64,000 bases of DNA from a bacterium (GCA_039630415.1 JBCNVB010000025.1:87673-151672); one strand, 5' to 3'; counted from the stretch's first letter, positions 1-11,078 are shown. Made by a program: numbers and translations. The notes: generated by a model not told the origin, from the letters alone.

Positions 1-206
1 AGTATCGACGCTCCCGGATACTTGTTAAGCTCAAAATCTGGATTTATCGTACCATCTTTGAGATATCTCCATTCATAAAATACAAACTCTCCAAAACCAG
101 TTCTCTCAACCCTTTTAAGAAATTGTTTGGGCATGATTTGATCAGTATCTATGTCTGACCTATCTATGAAGCATACTTTGCCCCTGTGAATAGATATACC
201 CTTCAT
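1..206 (-). CDS. leuD: 3-isopropylmalate dehydratase small subunit (5' part; runs off the window)
   Basis: Manual translation from ATG at 206: [57 protein letters not shown] motif; AGAGGTG RBS; directly follows leuC. Confidence 0.93.
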   Translation of the reverse strand, partial: MKGISIHRGKVCFIDRSDIDTDQIMPKQFLKRVERTGFGEFVFYEWRYLKDGTINPDFELNKYPGASI

Positions 207-220
207 ATTTTAACACCTCT

Positions 221-1618
221 TTATAGTATTTCTCGTACATCAATAAATCTACCAGCGATAGCTGCTGCGGCAGCCATGGCTGGACTAACTAAATGCGTTC
301 TTCCTCCCTTACCTTGCCTGTTTTCAAAATTACGATTTGAAGTTGAAGCACATCTTTGACCATATCCCAAAACATCCGGATTCATACCTAAACACATTGA
401 GCAACCAGATTCACGCCACTCAAACCCCGCTTCTTTAAAAATCTTATCCAATCCCATTTTCTCAGCTTGTAGTTTAACCTGCGTAGAACCCGGTACAACC
501 ATTGCTCTAACCCTTGGATTCACTTTTTTACCCTTTACCACATTTGCAGCCTCTATTAAATCTTCTATCCTAGCATTCGTACATGAACCTATAAATACTA
601 CATCAACCTCTATATCTGTTATCTTGGTCCCTTCCTTTAAACCCATATACTCTAAAGCTCTTCTTGCTGTTTTTCTTTCGAACTCATCTTCTATTTCATC
701 TAGGTAGGGTACTCTTCCGGAGATAGGTTGTACTTGAGAAGGATTTGTACCCCAAGTAATCATAGGCTCTACATTACTAACATCCATAACAAAAACTCTA
801 TCGTATTGAGCATCTGAATCGGTTTTTAATTTCTGCCAATAATCTAAAGCTTTTTCCCAGTCTTTACCTTTAGGTGCAAACTTTTTATTTTCCAAATAAG
901 CGAAGGTTTTATCATCTGGCGAGATAATGCCTACTTTGGCACCTGCTTCTATGCTCATATTACAAATTGTTAGCCTTCCTTCAATTGATAAGTTACGAAT
1001 ATATTGACCTGTATACTCTACAGCGTATCCAACGCATCCTCCTACACCGATTTTACCAATAAGTGCAAGTATTATATCTTTTGAATATACACCTTTTCCA
1101 GGAGTTCCCTCAAACCTAATTTCCATAGTTTTGAATTTTTTAGTAAGGATTGTTTGAGTGGAAAGTACTAGCTCTACTTCAGAAGTACCGATACCAAAAG
1201 CCATAGCTCCCAAAGCACCATGAGTGGAAGTATGAGAATCTCCACAAACTATAACCATTCCCGGCTGTGTAAGCCCCAACTCAGGACCAATAACATGAAC
1301 TATCCCTTGGTAAGGTGAATCCAAATCGAAAAATAATATCCCCCACTTTTTAGCATTTTCATATAGCTTGTTTATTTGTTTTTCCGCTATTAGATCTATT
1401 ATTGGTCTATGTTTTGGAGTGGTTGGTACATTGTGATCAACTGTAGCTACTGTTAAGTCAGGTCTTCTAACTTTTCTATTAGCTAGCTCAATACCTTCAA
1501 AAGCTTGGGGAGACGTAACCTCATGGATATAGTGTAAATCTACGTATAAGCCATACCATCCATCAAACTCATAAACTACATGATTTTCCCAGATTTTCTC
1601 TATGATGGTTTTGCCCAT
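221..1618 (-). CDS. leuC: 3-isopropylmalate dehydratase large subunit
   Basis: [19 protein letters not shown] and GCSMCLGMN (Fe-S ligands), [12 protein letters not shown]. Confidence 0.97.
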   Translation of the reverse strand: MGKTIIEKIWENHVVYEFDGWYGLYVDLHYIHEVTSPQAFEGIELANRKVRRPDLTVATVDHNVPTTPKHRPIIDLIAEKQINKLYENAKKWGILFFDLDSPYQGIVHVIGPELGLTQPGMVIVCGDSHTSTHGALGAMAFGIGTSEVELVLSTQTILTKKFKTMEIRFEGTPGKGVYSKDIILALIGKIGVGGCVGYAVEYTGQYIRNLSIEGRLTICNMSIEAGAKVGIISPDDKTFAYLENKKFAPKGKDWEKALDYWQKLKTDSDAQYDRVFVMDVSNVEPMITWGTNPSQVQPISGRVPYLDEIEDEFERKTARRALEYMGLKEGTKITDIEVDVVFIGSCTNARIEDLIEAANVVKGKKVNPRVRAMVVPGSTQVKLQAEKMGLDKIFKEAGFEWRESGCSMCLGMNPDVLGYGQRCASTSNRNFENRQGKGGRTHLVSPAMAAAAAIAGRFIDVREIL

Positions 1619-2760
1619 GTTACCCTCCTTACTATTTCTAACAATTCATTTTCTTTAATTTCCCCCTTTTGATCGGCTTCTTTTTTAAACTCCTCAAATA
1701 CTTTATTTAATGTTTGTTCATCTAGATCAATACCTAATTCGAGAAGTTTAGCTTTTAGGCCATGTCTACCAGAATTTTTATTTAGTACTATAATACCACC
1801 TCTTTCTAACCCTATGTCTTTGGGATTTATTATTTCATAATTTAGTCGATTAGAGACGACACCATGTTGGTGTACACCTGATTGATGTCTAAAAGCGTTT
1901 AGTCCGACGATGGCTTTATTGGGTTGGATAGGTATTCCAGAGTACTTAGACACTAGTTGACTTACATGATATATTCTGGTTGTATCGATTTTGGTATATA
2001 GGTTAAGGAAGTCTTTTCTAACTTTGATAGCCATAATAACTTCTTCTAGAGCTGTATTACCGGCTCTTTCACCGATACCGTTAATACATCCTTCGACTTG
2101 CCTTGCGCCTGCTCTGATAGCTGCTAAACTATTTGCCACTGCTAACCCTAAATCATCATGGCAATGAGTTGAAACTATATAGTCTCCCTCAACATTTTCC
2201 AGAATATATCTTATCAAATCGGCATACTCTTCTGGTATAGCATAACCTACAGTATCTGGTATATTGATAACTTTAGCTCCACTTTTAACTGCTACCTGTA
2301 GGACTTTTATAAGAAATTCTCTATCTGACCTTGTAGCATCTTGTGCTGAAAATTCCACATTTGAGCAGAATTTTTTTGCATATTTGACCATTGACTCTGT
2401 AGCTTCCAGAACTTGTTCTCTAGTTTTTTTCATCATTGTCTCGAGATGGATATCTGAAGTTGAGATGAATAAGTGTAGTCTTGGATTAGCTGCATGTTTA
2501 ATAGCTTCCCAACCTATGTCTATGTCTTTTTGAACAGTTCTGCATAATGTAGCTACGGTGGAATCTTTGATAATTGAGCTTATTGCTTTTACGTTTTCAT
2601 ATTCACCTTGTGATGATGCTGCAAAACCTGCTTCAATAACATCAACTCTCATCCTTTCTAATTCTTTAGCAATCTCAATTTTTTGATCTAACTTGAGATT
2701 AACTCCTGGTGTTTGATCTCCATCCCTTAAGGTAGTATCGAAAATATAAACTCTTTCCAT
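1600..2760 (-). CDS. leuA: 2-isopropylmalate synthase, short form without the C-terminal regulatory domain
   Basis: [22 protein letters not shown]; likely start ATG at 2760 after AGGAGGTG RBS; ~386 aa; upstream of leuCD. Confidence 0.88.
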   Translation of the reverse strand: MERVYIFDTTLRDGDQTPGVNLKLDQKIEIAKELERMRVDVIEAGFAASSQGEYENVKAISSIIKDSTVATLCRTVQKDIDIGWEAIKHAANPRLHLFISTSDIHLETMMKKTREQVLEATESMVKYAKKFCSNVEFSAQDATRSDREFLIKVLQVAVKSGAKVINIPDTVGYAIPEEYADLIRYILENVEGDYIVSTHCHDDLGLAVANSLAAIRAGARQVEGCINGIGERAGNTALEEVIMAIKVRKDFLNLYTKIDTTRIYHVSQLVSKYSGIPIQPNKAIVGLNAFRHQSGVHQHGVVSNRLNYEIINPKDIGLERGGIIVLNKNSGRHGLKAKLLELGIDLDEQTLNKVFEEFKKEADQKGEIKENELLEIVRRVTWAKPS

Positions 2761-2781
2761 CAGTTGTAACACCTCCTAATT

Positions 2782-4479
2782 TCACAACTTATTAGTAGAT
2801 ATTTCAAACTCTACAGGGTAAGATAGACCTGGTGTAATCAGGATGGTGATTGGTATTTCAACTGTTTGACCTGCATCTAATTCCAAACTAAAAATTTTTC
2901 TGTATAAACCACTTTCAGCCCTGTATATGTTATCATTATACATAAAAACTAAAGGAGTATAACCAGAAATAGAGGAGAAGTAGATATTTACTCTTTCTGG
3001 TTGTTGCTTTGAGTTATGTATTGTAAAAAACAACTTATACATTACACAGTAATTTGAATAATTTTGATCAATTTTATTGGAAATAATTTCGTTATCGGGG
3101 ATTTTAAAACTCATGAAATTTTTAGATGTATCAAAGGATATTTGTTTATGGATAATGGGTTTTGGATATTTACCGGTTGATCTTGGAGTACCATCCTTAT
3201 CTAGAATATTGTCAGGAACGACTTTGTCAAAGCTAAAAATTTTAATTTTAAGATCATTACTAGCTTTAAGGTACACGAATCCGGTGATTACTTGATTTGG
3301 ATACATTTTTTCTATAACTAATCTGGCTTTTTGACCCGGATTTAGCAATAATCTTGACATATTCTTATTTTTTACGAAATCAAAAAATTCTAAAGATGCT
3401 TTTATACCACTTTCTACCTCATTTTGACTTTTGCTTAATTCTACAAAAAACTCAACCTCACTTTCAACTTCTTCACCGTTTTGTACTTCAATACAATAGT
3501 TAAGGTTATCTTTGAATAAATGATGAAACCAAACAAAATAACCGTTTTCTCCCAAAACATTCGATTCAAATATTATACCCTTATGAGTAATTTTCTCAGG
3601 ATTGTTTGATATAACTAGGTAATCGAAATCTATTTCATTACGTACATATTGTTTTAGAAATACTATATCGATAACTTCTTTAATGTCTTTGTAAGGAAAT
3701 CTGGCACCTTCTGAGTAGATTATATATTTATTCCCCCTTGAGTAATACTTTATCTCGATATCTGTGTTTATTATGATGTTAGGTAAAATAAAGGATTGAA
3801 AAATATCTACCTTGTTTAATTTACTAGGATATTGTGAAAGGTATATTTTGTTGCTTTTTACATAGAAAGTTGGAATTTTGATTGTTAAAAAAGAGATATC
3901 TTGTCCACCTTCGTAACTAATAGACAATGTTTGTTGGTATACAGGATTTTCATGCTTTATGTATAAAAACCCGTCCTTATAACTGCAATAGTCTGGTATG
4001 GATAGTATGAAATCTTTGCCTGTTTTATTGTATACTCTTATTTTCTGTAGTTGGTTTACAGTTAATTCGATATGTGTTTTTTCAAAGAAAATTTCTGGTA
4101 TGTAAGCAAGATTTGATAGAGTAATACGATAAGAATTAACTAACTGTTTTAAATCTGAGTAACCTAATTGATAAGCTGTTTGTTTATCAAAAGAAAAAAG
4201 TAAATCCTTGTTTATATAAACTTCATAATTACCACTGTAATCGTTGTATACTATCTTGTAATCTACGGGCATATCGGAAAAAATATTTTTGTTTAGCTTG
4301 TCCATTATCTTGGGATTGTCTTTGTTTTTTGGTAAATAAAACAATCTGTACTCTGTGTTATTAGTTTTGAGGTTATAGAATATTATTCCATCTTTTTGTT
4401 TTTTTACTATTTCAACCCCTGCAAGGCTATACTGAAGTAGTAGACAAGTAAAAATATATCCAAAAAGCCACTTTATCAC
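2782..4479 (-). CDS. exported hypothetical protein (SNNPE / WFHH motif domain)
   Basis: 565-aa ORF with signal-peptide-like N-terminus; C-terminal half shares motifs with ORF 42195-43052. Confidence 0.7.
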   Translation of the reverse strand: MIKWLFGYIFTCLLLQYSLAGVEIVKKQKDGIIFYNLKTNNTEYRLFYLPKNKDNPKIMDKLNKNIFSDMPVDYKIVYNDYSGNYEVYINKDLLFSFDKQTAYQLGYSDLKQLVNSYRITLSNLAYIPEIFFEKTHIELTVNQLQKIRVYNKTGKDFILSIPDYCSYKDGFLYIKHENPVYQQTLSISYEGGQDISFLTIKIPTFYVKSNKIYLSQYPSKLNKVDIFQSFILPNIIINTDIEIKYYSRGNKYIIYSEGARFPYKDIKEVIDIVFLKQYVRNEIDFDYLVISNNPEKITHKGIIFESNVLGENGYFVWFHHLFKDNLNYCIEVQNGEEVESEVEFFVELSKSQNEVESGIKASLEFFDFVKNKNMSRLLLNPGQKARLVIEKMYPNQVITGFVYLKASNDLKIKIFSFDKVVPDNILDKDGTPRSTGKYPKPIIHKQISFDTSKNFMSFKIPDNEIISNKIDQNYSNYCVMYKLFFTIHNSKQQPERVNIYFSSISGYTPLVFMYNDNIYRAESGLYRKIFSLELDAGQTVEIPITILITPGLSYPVEFEISTNKL

Positions 4480-4505
4480 ATTATTAAGATTAAAATACCT
4501 GGTAT

Positions 4506-6407
4506 TTAAATCCTTCCGATAGAAACTCCCTTGTAGTAATGCTTTATTATTTGTCTGTAAGATAGTTTAGTTCCTAGCTTGTTTGCACCGAATTGACACA
4601 TTCCTACACCATGCCCAAATCCTCTACCATAAAACCTAATAATCCCGTCCTTTATTTCGACTTTTTCTATAAAGTTAGAGGGAAGCATGCTATAATACAA
4701 ATCCTCTGAAAATAAATAGATAGAGTCATCTTTGTATGCTACGTAAGTTTCTAAATCAGTTTGAATGATCATCTTTTGTACTCTTTGGCTTGAATTCTTA
4801 TAAACTTTTATTGACTTGAGGGAACCCTCATAAGGCAGTTGTAGAAGATACGGGATAGTTTTAGATAAAATTTTATTGGCCTTGTTTAGGGGAATCTCAA
4901 TTATCCATGTAAAAAGCCGGGATTGTTTACAATTGGAATCATTCAGATTTGTTTCGTAGTCCTTAACCTTTCTAAGATATGGGACATATGTATTCCATAC
5001 GTCTTCAGAGTTAGCAGTTATTCCTCCACATGTGGAATGATAAACTGCATCTATTGGATTCCCCTTGTAAGTTATAATTTCTCCTTTCGTTGATAAAGTA
5101 GCTATAAAGCTTTTAAAAGTTTCTTTTTTTTCTCCTTCGAAATTTTGACAGTGGGGAAGATCACATAGATCAAAGTTGGTGTGTCTAGATAAGTTTTTTA
5201 CTGCATAGGTTCTGGCTGCTAGGGCTTGGGCTTTCAAAGCTTCCAACTCAAAATAATCCGGCATCTCACTAGTTACTACCGACATTATATAATCCTCTAA
5301 CTCTACGTCAATTACATACTCTTCCCTCTTACTTTCTATCTTCTCATACCTATATGACCAATAGTCCTCTATCCCACCTTGCCTATTGTATCTGATAAAC
5401 AAAACAAAATTACTACTACCATATCTAAAACCAAATCTTTTAAAACTTACATTATCTACTCTACTCAAGCTTACTTTTAAATAAACATTTCCCTTAGCCA
5501 TTAATTTAGGATAAAGAACTCTACTTTCTACAACCTCTACCAACTCTGATAATAATTTTCTCATTTTTTTAGAAAATGAAAAATATCTTCTTGTTTTTGG
5601 ATGAGTTATAATAAATTCGATAGGCATTACAAGTTCAAGATTGCTGAATTTAAATGACATAGAACTATGATGCATATCATCTAGAATGTGTCTAATAAGG
5701 TATGAGTTAAACTTGTATATTAGCTGATTAGATAAATTTTCTACGCAAAAAGTATTTTCTGCTAGGAAATATACATTACCAGCTTTAACTAAGAAAGGAG
5801 TTTTATTTGAAGTAAAACCTAAAACGTTATTACTATCGGTATAGTATTCTACACAATACTTCCGTGATAATAAAATTTTAGTAAAATGCTTAAAACTAAA
5901 ATAATTGTAATCTCTGTTTACAAAAACAATATCGTACAAGCCTAGCTGATATAGTAAATGGTTTTTGTGCTTTTGCCCTTTAGAATTATACATCAAACTT
6001 TGATAAGTAAAAAGTATCTTGCCTTTCTGAGAATACTCAATCATATGCAAAATAGTACTAGCCGGTATATATCTTGCATCGTTAACTATAAGTAAATCTA
6101 TGTCTTGATCAAGTAAATCAAGGGTGTAATCAGTTATGATTAAATAAGGAATTCTCTGTGAAGCTAGGAACTTTTCAAGAAAATAAAACTCCTTAACATA
6201 TCTTCTTTGCAGATTCTCAAAAGTATGAATAGAAAAATATATACCCACTATCTTCCTATCTTTTTTGAAATTCGCAAGCTCTCGAATGTACATATAATCA
6301 AAAACTTTCTGATTTATGAAATCCCAAAAATAGACTAGAAACAGCAAAATAAAAATCAAAACTCCTCTGACAATATTAACAATTAGTATCATTAAGAATT
6401 TGAACAT
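4506..6407 (-). CDS. SpoIID/LytB-domain lytic transglycosylase with N-terminal membrane anchor
   Basis: VVTSEM (catalytic Glu), EALKAQALAARTY, YHSTCGG, GRGFGHGVGMCQFGA. Confidence 0.9.
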   Translation of the reverse strand: MFKFLMILIVNIVRGVLIFILLFLVYFWDFINQKVFDYMYIRELANFKKDRKIVGIYFSIHTFENLQRRYVKEFYFLEKFLASQRIPYLIITDYTLDLLDQDIDLLIVNDARYIPASTILHMIEYSQKGKILFTYQSLMYNSKGQKHKNHLLYQLGLYDIVFVNRDYNYFSFKHFTKILLSRKYCVEYYTDSNNVLGFTSNKTPFLVKAGNVYFLAENTFCVENLSNQLIYKFNSYLIRHILDDMHHSSMSFKFSNLELVMPIEFIITHPKTRRYFSFSKKMRKLLSELVEVVESRVLYPKLMAKGNVYLKVSLSRVDNVSFKRFGFRYGSSNFVLFIRYNRQGGIEDYWSYRYEKIESKREEYVIDVELEDYIMSVVTSEMPDYFELEALKAQALAARTYAVKNLSRHTNFDLCDLPHCQNFEGEKKETFKSFIATLSTKGEIITYKGNPIDAVYHSTCGGITANSEDVWNTYVPYLRKVKDYETNLNDSNCKQSRLFTWIIEIPLNKANKILSKTIPYLLQLPYEGSLKSIKVYKNSSQRVQKMIIQTDLETYVAYKDDSIYLFSEDLYYSMLPSNFIEKVEIKDGIIRFYGRGFGHGVGMCQFGANKLGTKLSYRQIIKHYYKGVSIGRI

Positions 6408-6410
6408 AGA

Positions 6411-6809
6411 TTAGTTTTGAATTTTAGAATTGCTGTTCAAAATTATTAACTGTCGAATAGATTTAATACAGGTTTGCAAGATGAGTCTTATAATATCTAT
6501 GTCTACTTGTAGGCCGTAAGATAATACTTTTGCATATTTGATTTTGTCAATTAATTTTATAACCAGTTCTATCGAAAAGATCCCAATAATAAGGGAAAGA
6601 TTAGCAAAATTGCCTGGAAGTTTAATTTGTTTTGTTTTAAGAGTGTATAATTTGTAAAAGATTACATCGACTTCTGAAAGAATTTGAAAGAAATTTGCTA
6701 TCTTTCGAAGAGTAGGTATATGGCTATCAAGTTTTTTGTATTGTAGTATTTGTATTAGGGTCTGGGTAGATTCATAGCAGAGTGTATATATTAATTTACC
6801 TGCAAACAT
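6411..6809 (-). CDS. hypothetical protein
   Basis: 132-aa ATG ORF that fills the gap between prfB and the SpoIID gene on the same strand; no recognised motif. Confidence 0.5.
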   Translation of the reverse strand: MFAGKLIYTLCYESTQTLIQILQYKKLDSHIPTLRKIANFFQILSEVDVIFYKLYTLKTKQIKLPGNFANLSLIIGIFSIELVIKLIDKIKYAKVLSYGLQVDIDIIRLILQTCIKSIRQLIILNSNSKIQN

Positions 6810-6829
6810 TTTGGGTTTCTTACATTTTC

Positions 6830-7900
6830 TTAGGTTGCTTTTTGTTTGTTATGGTAGATTAGGTAGTCAAGGATGAGTTTGTCAAGGTTACCATCTAGTA
6901 CTTCCTCTACTTTGTATATTTCAGTATTTGTACGTTGATCTTTGATAAGTTTATAGGGGTGTAGGATGTAGTTTCTTATTTGGTTGCCCCATGCTGCTTG
7001 TTGTTTGGTTTTGAAGCTATCCACTTTTTGAGATAGTTTTTGTTTTTCTAAATCATATATTTTACTTTTGAGTATTTTTAGGGCTGTTTCTTTATTTTGA
7101 TGTTGGCTTCTTTCATTGGAGCAAGTTACTACTATTCCAGTTGGTATGTGTATTATTCTTACTGCTGATTCATTTTTATTGACGTGTTGTCCACCTGCTC
7201 CGCCTGCTTTGAAAGTCTCTATTCTCAGATCTTCTGGTTTTATCTCTACATTTATTGTATCATCTATTTTGGGAATGACTTCTACCAGTGCAAAGGAGGT
7301 ATGTCTTTTGTTTTGAGCATTGAAAGGAGAATTCCTTACCAGTCTGTGAACCCCTTTTTCAGACTTGAGATATCCATAAGCAGATTTAATTATTATTTCA
7401 CATGATTTTATACCTGCTTCTTGTCCGTAGGTTATGTCTGTTATGGTATAAGGTAGTTTATTTTTTTCTGCCCATTGTATGTACATTCTAAGTAGCATTT
7501 GGGCCCAGTCTTGAGCATCTGTCCCTCCAGCACCCGCCGTTATCGTTAGTATCGCATCATAATCATCATATTCTTCACTAAGCAGTAGATCAATCGATAG
7601 TTTTTCAAACTCCTTCAAAATATCAGAATATATTTTGTTTATCCCTTCTATATCTTCCGAACCAAAAGCTTTGTATAGATCTTCAAACTCATCAACTTCC
7701 TTCAATAATTTCTTATACCTTTCAATATATGTCTCTATTTTCTTCTTCTCTTTTAGCTTGGTAAAGTCTATTTCTTGACTGGTTTGTATTTTCTGTTCTA
7801 TATTTTTTAGTTTATCTGAATATTTTTCAATCAGCGAGCTATACTCTAATAAGCTATTTTTTATGTTCTTTATCTCTTTTAGATCTATAATTGTCTTCAT
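6830..7900 (-). CDS. prfB: peptide chain release factor 2
   Basis: GAGGTDAQDWA, SPF recognition motif (RNSPFNA), GGQ (GGAGGQHVN), WGNQIRNY. Confidence 0.96.
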   Translation of the reverse strand: MKTIIDLKEIKNIKNSLLEYSSLIEKYSDKLKNIEQKIQTSQEIDFTKLKEKKKIETYIERYKKLLKEVDEFEDLYKAFGSEDIEGINKIYSDILKEFEKLSIDLLLSEEYDDYDAILTITAGAGGTDAQDWAQMLLRMYIQWAEKNKLPYTITDITYGQEAGIKSCEIIIKSAYGYLKSEKGVHRLVRNSPFNAQNKRHTSFALVEVIPKIDDTINVEIKPEDLRIETFKAGGAGGQHVNKNESAVRIIHIPTGIVVTCSNERSQHQNKETALKILKSKIYDLEKQKLSQKVDSFKTKQQAAWGNQIRNYILHPYKLIKDQRTNTEIYKVEEVLDGNLDKLILDYLIYHNKQKAT

Positions 7901-7921
7901 TATCCCGGCAGCTAGCTTTGC

Positions 7922-8437
7922 CTAAAGTATTCCTTTGTTAAAGAAGGTATGTATTTGGTTGTTGTATAGATCTATCTTTATTTTATACGCTTTAGTAAGT
8001 TTATCCTTTTTTTTGGTGGATATGATATGTACATCATATCCTTGAATAATTGCTCTTTTCAGATCAATCATAGCTTCCCTTTTTATTTTTATTTCAAAGT
8101 CAGGAGTATACAAATTCAAGTTACCTTCCGGATAGATAATCAAATCTGCCAAATCTACGTACCCTTGCTCTATATAAGTAAATCCATTTTCAAAGACTAG
8201 CTTCATAGAATTGAAAGTTATTTTGCGCTTTTCGTAAATTCCCTCTCTTACCGAAAAATATACATGCTTGTTAATTTGATAGTACAAGTTCTTGAATCTA
8301 AATTGATTTACCTTGTTTTGATCATTTTTGCAACCGCTCAAGAATATACCAAGTGTGACAAATAACAAAACAAGTACAAATAAGTTATACTCTAATATTT
8401 TTCTGAGGATTCTTTTAAACTTCAACAACTTGATCAT
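7922..8437 (-). CDS. putative lipoprotein / membrane-anchored beta-rich protein (possibly LptC-like)
   Basis: Hydrophobic N-terminus ending in LSGC lipobox-like motif; beta-strand-rich remainder; LptC link is weak. Confidence 0.5.
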   Translation of the reverse strand: MIKLLKFKRILRKILEYNLFVLVLLFVTLGIFLSGCKNDQNKVNQFRFKNLYYQINKHVYFSVREGIYEKRKITFNSMKLVFENGFTYIEQGYVDLADLIIYPEGNLNLYTPDFEIKIKREAMIDLKRAIIQGYDVHIISTKKKDKLTKAYKIKIDLYNNQIHTFFNKGIL

Positions 8438-11078
8438 TAATAATTTTGACCTTAATTTTACCCTTTCTACCTTTATTTTTGAGCTTGTATTCTATCAAGA
8501 GCAAAAGATTTTTTGCTGGCTTAGGTAGATTTTTGCCATAAACGTCATATATGTATGATTTTATGATGTTAAATTCTTGTATATCTTTAACAGTTAGTAA
8601 TTTTCTGTAGAGTTTGTTTTTGATGGGGCTATCTGGTAAGTATGTAGGTAAGTCACACTCTATATCCGGAAAATCTTCTTCATTATTTAGATAACTGTTT
8701 ACCATTTTGAGAAATTGTATTAATCCTACCTGTTGTATATGCCCCGATTGTTTTCTAGATAGAATTCCTCCAGGACCTCTTATATCCAGATCTTTTTGAA
8801 TGATTTCTACGTTGGATAAGTCTGGCTTTTCGAATATAGATATTCTTTCGAAAGTATTGGTATTTGTGTATTTATGATCCATAAGAATGTAACAATAGGG
8901 ATCTTTACTACCTCTACCAACTCTACCTCTTATCTGATAAATCTGAGAAATACCCAACTTTTGGGGATTATCTACTATAGCTACGTCAAATTCTGGAGTA
9001 TCTATACCTGACTGGATTATAGTCGTGCAAAGAATTAATTCTAATTTACCCTTAATGAAGTCTATGAAAGCTTTCTGTATTTGCTTTGAAGAAAGTTTGG
9101 CATGTATTATTCCTGTTTTAGCATACTGACTAAGTTCATGCCAGATTTCATATAGTTCCTCAATATCATTATTTACGTACATTACCTTAAGACCCAAATT
9201 AAGTGATTTTTCAAGTATTTTCTTTAGGATTAGTAACTTTTGGTTGTAATTTGTAAAAGTTAGGATTAGAGTTTTGGGTTTTTTATGAGTAGGGGGTGGA
9301 GTATTTATTGTTGATATATCAATTAGACCAGTTTTTACCATAAAGTATGTTCTAGGTATAGGTGTTGCCGAAGAATACAAAAAGTGAGCTTTAGAAAAAA
9401 CTTCTTTTAAAGTTTCTTTAAATACTACACCCATTAAATGTTCTTCATCTATTACAACTAAAGCAACTCTTTGAGCCCAATCTCTATCTAATTTAGTAAC
9501 GTCAAACGGAGTTGATATTACAAAATTAGCTTCTTCTATGTTACTTGATCCACTAATAGAGGTACGAAGAGCTATTTTAATGTTTGGTAGTCTCTTTTGC
9601 ATGGACATAAAGTGTTGATAAGCTAAAATTGTAGTTGGAACAAAAAGGATAGCATTGTATCCATTGTAAACAGCTCTACCTATCGCCCTAATTAAAACCT
9701 CGGTTTTACCATATCCTGTATCCGCCAAAATTAATCTATTTGTAGGATAACTGTTACTTAAATCGTCTAAAACTTCATTTATCACTCTTTGCTGATCCTC
9801 AGTTAGTATGTATTCAAAATTTGATTCTAGTACACTATCATATTCTGTTGGTAAAAGTTTATAACAACTGGTTGAGTATCTTTTAGCATTTATTCTTACT
9901 ATCATATCTCCAACGTCTTTTACGTCTTGATAGATTTTCTCTATCTTTTTTTGCCAAGATTTGAAGGATGGAACTGAAAGAATCTTCTCTTTTATCCTTT
10001 GAGTTATCTTATCTGACGAAATATACTTATGAATGTTAACACTTTCTATACTGAAGTACATTTTGCGATTATTCTTGAATTGTACACATATAAACTCTTT
10101 TTCATCAAAGTGAGCGATTCTAATTTTTTGAGTTCCCAAGTAAATTCCTATTCCATAACCTTCTACTACTACTAAATCCCCTTCTCTGAAATCTTTTATC
10201 GCATCGAAAACATCTATGTGTATAACATCAACTCTTTCACTTCTTAAATTCCTTTCGGTTATGTATACTTTTTTATCTATTAAATCAACATATCCAAAAG
10301 GTATGGGTGAAGATGAGATTTCGTACTCTAAAAGTGAAAAGGTTTTTCGCTTCTTTCTTGAATAATCAAGTATCAATTTCAGATATTTTTGATATGTTTC
10401 CTGCTTTGGAAAAACAAATTTGTAGCCTTCCTCTATTAGTTTTATGGTTTCATAGATGTCGGCTATTTTCTTTACATGATTGGGTATACTGATTTGTTTT
10501 ATATCCCACGTAAGATCAACTGTAAAGTCAAGCGATTTTAGTTTACGATCAAGCACATTCTTTACTATTTCTTCCGGTTCATAAGTAAGAAATAGAATCT
10601 TTAAGTTTTGCAAAGCTATGGTTTGATTTTCATTACAGGCAAATATTTTAATTGAATCCATTTTTCTTATAGTCAAGAAGCTATTAGGATCAAATATCCT
10701 GATTGATTCAACTATGTCATCTTCCAGCTCTATTCTTATTGCATTGTTTGAGAATATGTCTATGATATTACCTCTGATTTGATATCGGTTCTCTAACAAA
10801 TCACCTTTTGAACTTTGATATCCCAGATTTTCCAGAATCTTAATGAGCTTACTAAGAGATATTTGCTGATCTTTCCTTATCAGAAAATAATTAACGTTAA
10901 CCAGTTGTTTTATAAGGTTTGTCAAAAAAAAGTAATTGGTTATTCTTGTTTGTAGGGATTGATTTAATTCCTCTAATTCTTCTTCGGTAAAATCCTCATC
11001 TATTATCAAAACGGAGTAGTCATAATCTGAGTTATAATTCATTTGGAAATAGCTATTTTCCAGAAATACCTTTAACAA
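8415..11078 (-). CDS. mfd: transcription-repair coupling factor, divergent and reduced
   Basis: UvrB-like RGNIIDIF..IRIEL, CarD-like RID (GDLVVVEGYGIG), GYGKTEV, DEEH, SATPIPRT, QIRGRVGR, DLDIRGPG..QSGHI. Confidence 0.85.
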   Translation of the reverse strand: MLKVFLENSYFQMNYNSDYDYSVLIIDEDFTEEELEELNQSLQTRITNYFFLTNLIKQLVNVNYFLIRKDQQISLSKLIKILENLGYQSSKGDLLENRYQIRGNIIDIFSNNAIRIELEDDIVESIRIFDPNSFLTIRKMDSIKIFACNENQTIALQNLKILFLTYEPEEIVKNVLDRKLKSLDFTVDLTWDIKQISIPNHVKKIADIYETIKLIEEGYKFVFPKQETYQKYLKLILDYSRKKRKTFSLLEYEISSSPIPFGYVDLIDKKVYITERNLRSERVDVIHIDVFDAIKDFREGDLVVVEGYGIGIYLGTQKIRIAHFDEKEFICVQFKNNRKMYFSIESVNIHKYISSDKITQRIKEKILSVPSFKSWQKKIEKIYQDVKDVGDMIVRINAKRYSTSCYKLLPTEYDSVLESNFEYILTEDQQRVINEVLDDLSNSYPTNRLILADTGYGKTEVLIRAIGRAVYNGYNAILFVPTTILAYQHFMSMQKRLPNIKIALRTSISGSSNIEEANFVISTPFDVTKLDRDWAQRVALVVIDEEHLMGVVFKETLKEVFSKAHFLYSSATPIPRTYFMVKTGLIDISTINTPPPTHKKPKTLILTFTNYNQKLLILKKILEKSLNLGLKVMYVNNDIEELYEIWHELSQYAKTGIIHAKLSSKQIQKAFIDFIKGKLELILCTTIIQSGIDTPEFDVAIVDNPQKLGISQIYQIRGRVGRGSKDPYCYILMDHKYTNTNTFERISIFEKPDLSNVEIIQKDLDIRGPGGILSRKQSGHIQQVGLIQFLKMVNSYLNNEEDFPDIECDLPTYLPDSPIKNKLYRKLLTVKDIQEFNIIKSYIYDVYGKNLPKPAKNLLLLIEYKLKNKGRKGKIKVKIINDQVVEV

